Shown: positions 37,598-46,694 of the stretch, piece by piece | How the letters are laid out: each line of letters begins with the position of its first letter | Position numbering within the stretch: position 1 is the first letter of the stretch | Source of the DNA: Octopus bimaculoides | Lineage: Eukaryota | Length of the DNA: 46,694 nt | NCBI RefSeq assembly: GCF_001194135.2 | Contig: NC_068988.1 | Coordinates: 93,040,006-93,086,699, forward strand | Direction: 5' to 3' | The notes under the pieces: model-generated | What the model saw: the letters and a program-made list of their open reading frames with translations, nothing else | Databases searched by the model: none | Told to the model about the DNA's origin: nothing | Program-made: the position numbers and the translations under genes

Positions 37598-38363
37598 ATG
37601 GCAAATGCTGCACAACGAGATGTCAGCTTTCAGTGTGCCAAGTAAGCGCTGTTGCTTCAAGTTTTACTCAAAGCATTTCACTTCACGTTCCTCTTACACT
37701 CCTGAGAAAATTTTATTTTCCTCAATACAATTCCTCCACTCCTTCATAAAAGTGAAAAATCAATTTATATTGAAAATACATGCTTCACTTATATATTGCT
37801 TGTGATGTGGCCCAGAAGACTTTTACTCCATTCTTATAATTTCTCTATAAGGCATCGAGACGAAATGAAAAAGAAAGATAACTAATATAGCTTTACATTA
37901 CAACCATTCAGTCAGTCTATTTGGGTTTTTTTTTTAAATATAATCTCATCTTCTTTCAAATATACACCTGCTAGCTTCCTACAGTCATTTTTCTCATTGC
38001 TACGTATTTTATTCAATCATTTACAAATTTCATGTTTTAGCGTCAAAACACTTCACTAAATATTGGAACCTTTGCACTGAGAATAAGTAAAAGACAAGTG
38101 ATTCAATATAAGGAGGAAATGAGAAGACTGACATAGCACTAGCTTCCTTGATTCCTTAGATACTACTTAAATACTTCATTGATGGCTTAAATACGATGCT
38201 ACATATTTCTCTAAAATATGGATCTTATTAACATCATAAAATTCGGCAACCAAAACTATGACCAAAACCTCGAATATGATAAACAAGCCTTCTAAATTTT
38301 ACAAATGCTTTAGTTATGAATTAAGACATTTGCTGCAACTTGTTATTGTTACTGAGATTCCCT

Positions 38364-38582
38364 TCAACATAACTTGGTACCAGAGCGCCTTTGCGTATTC
38401 TCCTCCGTCTTGTCTTCTGTTCCAGCCTCTGCCCAGACGTTATCTCTTCTTTCACTCTTGATTGTTTTCGACCAAGTAATCCCTGGTTTTCCTCTTCTGG
38501 TATATTGCACTGTCCATTCTATTGCATCACATATCAGACAGCTTTCAGGCTGGCACCGGAGCATGTGGCTAAACATCACCAT
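38364..38582 (-). mobile_element. RTE-type LINE, decayed C-terminus
   Basis: MFSHMLRCQPES...AIEW...RRGKPGITWSKTIKSE...WAEA fits WfGHvlR...AleW...rrGrP..TW..ti..e...W.ea. Confidence 0.7.
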
Positions 38583-38639
38583 CTATTTTTAAAGTTTCTT
38601 GACCTAAAGACGGTAGATGCACGGAATCGCTAGAGCGTC

Positions 38640-38755
38640 GTACAAATGGTTTTCGGTATTTAGTTTCGGCTCTTTATATTCAGAGTTCAAATCCCACCAA
38701 AGTTCACTTTGCCTATTATTCTTCCGAGGTCGATGAAATAAGCTTCAGTAAGTAC
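38640..38755 (+). mobile_element. SINE group A, partial
   Basis: cagagttcaaatcccaccaaagttcactttgcctattattcttccgaggtcgat. Confidence 0.7.
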
Positions 38756-38760
38756 AAGAG

Positions 38761-39012
38761 AAGGCGCATGGCCTTGTGGTAAGGGTGTTGTACTCACGAT
38801 GATAAAATCTTGGTTTCGATTCCCCGATCGGGAGGTGCGCTATGTTCTTGAGCAAAACACTTCATTTTCTTCCTCTCCAGTCTGTAAATAAGTTCCCGGA
38901 ATAGCTGGGAAGTTAACCCTGCAACGAACCAGGATAAAAGTGCTGTAACTTCAGTCACTTATACTCCATGGAAACCGGATGAAACTCCGACCTTATGAGT
39001 CCTAGGGCTCAT
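38761..39012 (+). mobile_element. SINE group C
   Basis: ggcgcatggccttgtggtaagggtg...gtttcgattcccc...ttcttgagcaaaacacttcatt...ccttatgagtcc. Confidence 0.8.
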
Positions 39013-40189
39013 AACAGATCTGAGTAGTTGATTAATCCGAGGAACCCCTCGCTACAAATTTGTGGATTTGTGCCGAAGTTAGAAACAAATATTTCTTCAT
39101 TCATATATGGTACTTCCGTTATGGCCCCAAACACTTTGCTTCTCACAAAACAATGTCATTCCACATCCAAGATTCCTCCAAATGATTTAATTCTAAAGAC
39201 TCTAAGACGATTGATATGCAATGATTTACTTCTAAGCATTAAAAAATTTCTTACTAGTAACATATATAACTGAATCTTCTGTGACTCGAAGTCACAGAAT
39301 TATAATCTATATTTCTGGGAGATTAAGAAGAATTTGAATCACATAAGAGTTGAGTATAAAAGGGTCTGAAAATGGCGGCATATCAACGCGCTAAGAGTAG
39401 AAAGTTTTGTGATTACACATATCGTGACTACACACCAATGCACATCATTTGTTTAACTTTTGATTTTTACTTCTTTGCTGAGAGAGCCAAAGAAAGAAGC
39501 TCTATGTAATCTTTCCTCCAATAGAAATAGAAGCTAAATCTCATTAAATCAAGTCCAACTATATCTAAATAAATGATCCATTAGATAATGTAGACCCAGA
39601 TAAATATAGAGGGACAGTCATAGTTAGAACACCTTTGATAATATTCATGTCTGGTCGATTAGAGCCGAGGTGAGTTAAAAACCAAAAACAACTTTTTTGT
39701 TGCCTACAGTGTTCCTAGATTCAAAAACCAACATTTACAGTAAACCAAGCTCAATAATTCTCACTTTCGATAAGATTAGTTACTCTTCTGTGAATATTTG
39801 GAGGCGATATATTTTTAGTTATAATATCTCAATAATTGTTGCTTCAAGTATTCTGACAGATCTCCCCGACAAAACTCTATATTTATTGTCCACCGACGAG
39901 CATCCATTTAAACCAGACTCTTGTCAAGCAGCAGAAATAGATTAGATTAGTTCGGCTCAAGCTTTGGAGCATCGCGGCAAATATTTCCCCTCACACGATA
40001 AAGATGAAGAGGAGTGACGTAAGAGATAATTTCATTAATGCATTTATATATTTAAAAAAATGAAAAATAAAGCATGGCGGCCATTTTTTTTTCTACTTTT
40101 CCTTCAGGCAGTAAGTTGTCGCGAATCATTGGTTCGGCTCCTCTGCACTAGAAGAAATACAATGTGTGCACATACATGCGTGCATACAT

Positions 40190-40231
<42 letters not shown>

Positions 40232-40620
40232 GTACACGCATACACACACACGCACACACGCACATATATACATATATATATANNNNNNNNNNNNNNNNNN
40301 NNNNNNNNNNNNNNNNNNNNNNNNNNNNNNNNNNNNNNNNNNNNNNNNNNNNNNNNNNNNNNNNNNNNNNNNNNNNNNNNNNNNNNNNNNNNNNNNNNNN
40401 NNNNNNNNNNNNNNNNNNNNNNNNNNNNNNNNNNNNNNNNNNNNNNNNNNNNNNNNNNNNNNNNNNNNNNNNNNNNNNNNNNNNNNNNNNNNNNNNNNNN
40501 NNNNNNNNNNNNNNNNNNNNNNNNNNNNNNNNNNNNNNNNNNNNNNNNNNNNNNNNNNNNNNNNNNNNNNNNNNNNNNNNNNNNNNNNNNNNNNNNNNNN
40601 NNNNNNNNNNNNNNNNNNNN

Positions 40621-40652
<32 letters not shown>

Positions 40653-40655
40653 TAT

Positions 40656-41125
<470 letters not shown>

Positions 41126-41240
41126 CCACTCAGCTGGCAAAAATTAGTAATCTTGCGAAAGACCGGCGTCCCGTCCAGGTGGGGAATTTATTCGCCATGA
41201 AATCAGGAAACCGGCTTTTATGATTGGACATGACTCGATT
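41126..41240 (+). mobile_element. SINE group C, 3' body fused to the end of the B copy
   Basis: ccactcagctggcaaaaattagtaatc...cgtcccgtccaggtggggaat. Confidence 0.8.
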
Positions 41241-41633
41241 ATTTTTACTCCTCAAAGCACGGATGAGATCCTATGGAATATTCATCTCATGTCTGTAACG
41301 ATGCCACGAATTTACACACAGGCATCCCTGACCGCATCCAGAGAAAGGAAATACGACTGACTAACATAAAGTCACTCACGGGCACTCGCCAGCCCCTGAT
41401 CTGTTTGCGCGCTGTTTCTTCCCGCCTACCTTTCCTACCCCTGCTACGTATAATGGTTTCTGCTCTTGGGTGTAGCTAGATTTATGCCGTCCCTCCCCAC
41501 ACGTCTCACCTCCTCTCATACCCCTTCTTGGGTCTAAAAACTCTGTCCCTGGTCCGTACTCATTTATAACTCCCAGTATTTCCTTTCCTGCTGTAGCGAG
41601 GACAAACATGGTCACGATGACACACATACATGC

Positions 41634-41680
<47 letters not shown>

Positions 41681-42306
41681 NNNNNNNNNNCACACACATA
41701 GACACATACAAACGACAGGCTTCTGTACAGTTTCCGTCTATGAAATTCGTTCCCAAGGCATTGGTTGGCCTGTAGTTGTAGAAGTCACTTGTCGAAGCTT
41801 CTTAACCACACTGGCATGCCTGGAATTTTTTTTTTTTTTTAAGTTTTAGTGTTTGCTGCTCCGATGTTTGCTCGGTCGGTCGGTCGGTCGGTTATTTGTG
41901 TGAAACAGAATGGAATGTTATGAATGACTGGAAATGAAATGAAATGAAATATATGAATGAAACAGTGAATACGTAAGAGAATAAATAAGGTAAGAACGCG
42001 ACAAGTTATTGAACAAAAGAAGCATTCAGCGTATTTTATGTTTACTTCAGAATGGGATTCCCGCTGTTATGGTGGTGGGGAGTAGTTGTAGTGCTGGTGG
42101 TAGTTGTGATGGTAATGGTGGGAGTGAATGACGACAGTAGGGTAGCGATGACAGTAGTGGTAATAGTGGTGGTAGTGGTGGTAGCAATGGTAGTGGTTTG
42201 GTTGTGTGATGGGGGTAGTAATTGTTGAGTGGGCGGTGCTGGTAGTAATAAAAGAGAAAATAGTAATATCGCATGTACTATGTATGCATATGTGTATGTG
42301 TATATG

Positions 42307-42341
<35 letters not shown>

Positions 42342-42348
42342 GGGGCGG

Positions 42349-42545
42349 TCTGTGTCTTTCTCCCACCACTGCTTGATAATGGTGTGTTTAGGTCACCGTA
42401 ACTTAGTGGTTCGACAAATGTGACTGATAGAATAAGTACCATGCTTTAAAAAAGTATGAGTACTAGGGTCGATTCGTTCGACTAAAATTCTTCAAAGCAG
42501 TGCACCAGCATGGCCACAGTCTAATGACTGAAACAAGTAAAGGAA
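42349..42545 (+). mobile_element. SINE group B, 3' half
   Basis: ccactgcttgataatggtgtgttta...cagcatggccacagtctaatgactgaaacaagtaa. Confidence 0.85.
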
Positions 42546-42845
42546 CNNNNNNNNNNNNNNNNNNNNNNNNNNNNNNNNNNNNNNNNNNNNNNNNNNNNNN
42601 NNNNNNNNNNNNNNNNNNNNNNNNNNNNNNNNNNNNNNNNNNNNNNNNNNNNNNNNNNNNNNNNNNNNNNNNNNNNNNNNNNNNNNNNNNNNNNNNNNNN
42701 NNNNNNNNNNNNNNNNNNNNNNNNNNNNNNNNNNNNNNNNNNNNNNNNNNNNNNNNNNNNNNNNNNNNNNNNNNNNNNNNNNNNNNNNNNNNNNNNNNNN
42801 NNNNNNNNNCGTGTGCGTGTGCGTGTGCGTGTGCGTGTGTGTATG

Positions 42846-43150
42846 GAAAAAAGCTTGGATTTTTGTTATTGGTGCAAATGTCGATGTGTTGGCTGAATGC
42901 TAGTTTTCTGTTTTGCGCAATTTTGATCTGGGATCTGTGTAGAGCCATCCTTTGACGTAGACTGTGTTTTTGTTTGGCCTATGTATTTCTCTTGACACCC
43001 AGAGCAGGTTAGTGCGTATATCAGATTCGCCGAAGTACATGTGAAGCTGCTTTTCACTGTGAAACGTTGTCCCTGTTTGAAGGAGAACTCTGATCCCTCA
43101 ATTAAATTGACACATATCCCACAGTTGGGTCTTCCGCATTTTTTTACTGA
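42846..43150 (-). mobile_element. Penelope-like element, GIY-YIG endonuclease fragment (one frameshift)
   Basis: KCGRPNCGIC...FTVKSSFTCTSANLIYALTCSGCQEKYIGQT, a frameshift, then RQRMALHRSQI...FSQHIDIC. This is the PLE Cys motif, the GIY-YIG motif and the catalytic R...H region. Confidence 0.85.
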
Positions 43151-43384
43151 CGGCTTCAGTATATATATAGTGATTGATTGATCGATTGATTGATTGGTGA
43201 CTTTTCAACAAATTATAGAATCCGGCAGATTAGAAACCTCGATCACAGCGTTCCAAGCTAATCTTATGATTCAGCGTCTTTGCGTAGTATCTCCATTTAC
43301 ATCTTATAGTTCCATAGAAGAACAGTGGCCAGCAATAGCAAAACACGCCACCAAAACAATGAGACATTGATTGCAGGTAGACTT

Positions 43385-43610
43385 GAATTCATTGACAATG
43401 TAGCTTCTGAGCATCATTGTCTCGAGTCCCACTACTCATAGGGTCGGTTACCCTGTTTCCATGCCGTGTAAGTGACCGAGATCACAACTTTCCCTTTGAA
43501 CAAGGCGTCTCACCTGCAGCTGGATAAACTGGAGCAACATAAAATTAAGTGTTTTGCTCATGAGCACAACGCACCGCTCAGTCCGTGAATCGAAGCCACT
43601 AGGTCGAACG
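43385..43610 (-). mobile_element. SINE group C-type, reverse, diverged
   Basis: ctggagcaacataaaattaagtgttttgctcatgagcacaacgc is the reverse of the C-group CORE-like block. Confidence 0.6.
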
Positions 43611-43868
43611 CCTTGACTTTGTGGCAAGATGTCCTTAAAAAATACTAAGCGTCATGGAAAAACCTCCAGGAATGTCCGTAATTTTGTGGTGATCAATAAA
43701 AATTTGATTGAGGATGACTGACTTAAAGACTTCTTTAATGATGATAGTCGTCCACAATCTATAATACTAAGTGTGCATTGAAAGACTCAAATAATACCCG
43801 TTCGTTATGACATAGAAACTTTCTGTAAAGGGATCAGCTGGTGCTTGTATAATATATATTCTGAAGGA

Positions 43869-44082
43869 AAGGCGGTGAGCTGGCAGAAACGTTAGCACAC
43901 CGGGCGAAATGCTTAGCGGTATTTCGTCTGTCTTTACGTTCTGAGTTCAAATACTGCCGAGGTCGACTTTGCCTTTCATCCTTTCGGGGTCGATAAATTA
44001 AGCACCAGTTTCGAACTGGGGTCGATCTAATCGACTGGCCCCCTCCTCAAAATGTTCGGGCCTTGTGACTAGAGTAGAAAAG
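43869..44082 (+). mobile_element. SINE group A, full length, with target-site duplication
   Basis: Flanked by aatatatattctgaagga (43851-43868) and aatatatatcctaaagaa (44083-44100). Confidence 0.95.
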
Positions 44083-45427
44083 AATATATATCCTAAAGAA
44101 ATTGCCTACTCTTATGTTCATCCATAATTACATTATGTTCTAACAGAGTGGTGCATCACTGTGCCATTCTGTAAAATGAGTGGAGGCTGACTAATAGCTA
44201 TTGATGTTTTAATGGGGAAAATGACCAGAATTATCCCTTAGCTTGCTCCCTATAAAAATGCATGGGACCATATGGAAACATTAATTGCAGTTTATAATGC
44301 TTCATCAATTTCAGATTTAAAGGAGTCTTAGTCTTAGACTAAGACTTAGATCCTCCAGTACAGTTGCCCGTACATCGGGTATTAAGACGTCTCACTCATC
44401 CTTCCTTCGAAGAGGAAAGAGTGAGACTTGCAAGTCGTGTTTTCCGACGGCTAGAAGAACGAATTTAAAGAAGAGGATACTGCAAATTTGGATAAAATAG
44501 TTAAGGCTAGTTTATTGCAAAATCTTGATCGAATGTATACATAAAGGCATTACTGCTGCATAGAAGAGAAAATGGAGTGTTATGCCATTTAGAGAGGAGT
44601 TTAACATTGACACTTATCTCCTTTATCAATTACATCATAAAGCTTTATTTTATCAGTGTATTTAGGTTTTCGACCAGCACTCACTACTTTTATTATAAGT
44701 GGTGAATGAGAAATGTGTATATTTTCAAAGTTATTTACTTGGGTGATAGCTGCGTAGAGAATACTTAGTGCGAAATGTGCAGAAAGAGGTGCTATTGAAT
44801 TGAATACATATTGAATGCATATCGAATACATATTGCGTAGGATGTGTATAGCAGAGTTTTTTTCTTTTCTTTTTTGACATGTCAAGTTGTAGACCCTGGA
44901 ATGTGTTTTATGTCTTTGTCTTCAAATTCTTTTTCATGCCTAGCATTCCAGTTATCATCTATGCATTTTCTTTATACAAGGTTATTACGCACATTTTCTT
45001 TTTAGTTGTTATTATCATTATTATTATTATTATTTATTTTTTTTTTTTTAATTGTCACGGTGGTGGAAAATCAGGAACAGTACTATATCGGATTGAATGT
45101 GGTATAACTTTCATGTATTCTTAGTGAAAATGGTGTCAAAGTACACTTTTTCTTTCATTCATATCTCCAGCAATGATTGATATGTACCTCACTCAGATAC
45201 TGAGGTCACGCCATTCAATGAATAATCCGACTCTCTGAAAAAAATATGTGACCTTGTACCGATAAGAAAGAAAAAAATGACATAAAGCAGCAGATATCAG
45301 ATTTGGTTGAGTGCTTGAGAAAATGCTGGGGTCGATGAAATTAATAAGCAGGTGGCCCTTTGCTAAAAGCAGAAATAAACAACTACATCTACTACTACTG
45401 CTGCTGCTACTACTACTACTACTAATG

Positions 45428-45501
<74 letters not shown>

Positions 45502-45504
<3 letters not shown>

Positions 45505-45635
45505 CTGAGCAAATATAAAGATCTTGAAATAGAAATTAGCAAAATGTGGAATCTGAAGACGAAAACAATACCTATTGTCATAGGTGCCCTGGGAATGACA
45601 GCGAAACGGGCTGATTACTACCTAGCTCAGATACC
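45502..45635 (+). mobile_element. R4/Dong-like non-LTR retrotransposon, end of the RLE endonuclease domain
   Basis: KLSKYKDLEIEISKMWNLKTKTIPIVIGALG is the K..KY..L...W....PIVIGALG RLE motif. It starts directly at (TAA)n. Confidence 0.85.
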
Positions 45636-45855
45636 NNNNNNNNNNNNNNNNNNNNNNNNNNNNNNNNNNNNNNNNNNNNNNNNNNNNNNNNNNNNNNNNN
45701 NNNNNNNNNNNNNNNNNNNNNNNNNNNNNNNNNNNNNNNNNNNNNNNNNNNNNNNNNNNNNNNNNNNNNNNNNNNNNNNNNNNNNNNNNNNNNNNNNNNN
45801 NNNNNNNNNNNNNNNNNNNNNNNNNNNNNNNNNNNNNNNNNNNNNNNNNNNNNNN

Positions 45856-46050
45856 CCATGTAGGGGCTTTTCTTGCCATCGTTTTATCATGGTCCGTTGC
45901 TGTTCTTGTTTTAGTTTGGATTTCATTTGTTTTATAGCTTTTGTTGTTTCTTCTTCTTCTTCTTCGTATTTGTTAGGTAGTATGATTTCTTGTTTGTATT
46001 TGTCAGCTTCCTTAAATACTGAAAACAGTTTTTTGTTTTGCTCGTATTAA
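45856..46050 (-). mobile_element. R4/Dong-like fragment, post-RT region
   Basis: KSKLKQEQQRTMIKRWQEKPLHG contains the W..K.LHG motif that precedes the CCHC finger. It starts at (TAA)n on its own strand. Confidence 0.7.
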
Positions 46051-46107
<57 letters not shown>

Positions 46108-46420
46108 GTGAGGAAGCGTGGCCTAGTGGTTAGAGCGCTACATTCACGATCGCAATATCGTGGTTTCAGTTCCTAGACCAGGTGGAGTGTTGTGTTCTTG
46201 AACAAAACACTTCATCTCACGTTGCTCTGCGATCGCTTTGACACCTGACGTCTGGTACACCGTGCACCTGTTCAGGTAACGTCGATTTGATGGAGAGAGT
46301 GAACTAATGTACAGCACACACATTTGAGCACAATAATCAAATCATTTCTGCAGGTTGTTTGGTAAAATAAAAACCCGAACACTCCTGCATCGTTCTCGAT
46401 CGGAGAATCCGCCATTATTA
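46108..46420 (+). mobile_element. SINE group C head with another distinct 3' body
   Basis: gcgtggcctagtggttagagcg...gttgtgttcttgaacaaaacacttcatctcacgttgctc, then an unrelated body. Confidence 0.7.
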
Positions 46421-46694
46421 TTACACAAGAAAAAGGCTTTCAGACAGAAAGTGCCATAGTATTATCGCCACATGTATAATACATACGTGACCCCTGGTTG
46501 TCCGTTAATAATTTTACATTGCTTTCTGATCTGGACTCAAGATTTTTAACGGTCAATATGTCTTCTGACATATGGAAAAACTTTTGTTTTAGAAAATTCA
46601 ACCCTTTTTTTTTTCTTTTAAGAAAAGAAATAAAAACGAGCTTATTTCTTAGTTTATGTAGAAACTGAAAGTATAAATGGAAATTAAAGATAAC

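Overview
AT-rich, repeat-dense, non-coding eukaryotic DNA from a gapped draft assembly (16 N-gaps). It is most likely an octopus/coleoid cephalopod genome; this is inferred from recalled SINE families and the microsatellite load, not from a search. No intact protein-coding gene is present, and most listed ORFs are microsatellite or N-gap artefacts. The window contains: (i) about 35 copies or fragments of tRNA-headed SINEs in three groups (here A, B, and C with its variant D); (ii) decayed LINE fragments (CR1/L2, three RTE, a possible Tx1/L1 ORF1, two R4/Dong-like pieces abutting (TAA)n arrays); (iii) three Penelope-like (PLE) endonuclease remnants; (iv) at least three short repeats with an intact minimal type I hammerhead ribozyme core (CTGANGA...GAAA with a palindromic stem III), plus one decayed and two half copies; (v) a small foldback element, 15-20 bp minisatellites and many microsatellites; (vi) three unconfirmed exon-like segments. 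The best candidate for an undescribed system is a set of non-autonomous, hammerhead-bearing, PLE-related mini-elements with different loop-2 cargo. All motif calls were made by eye.
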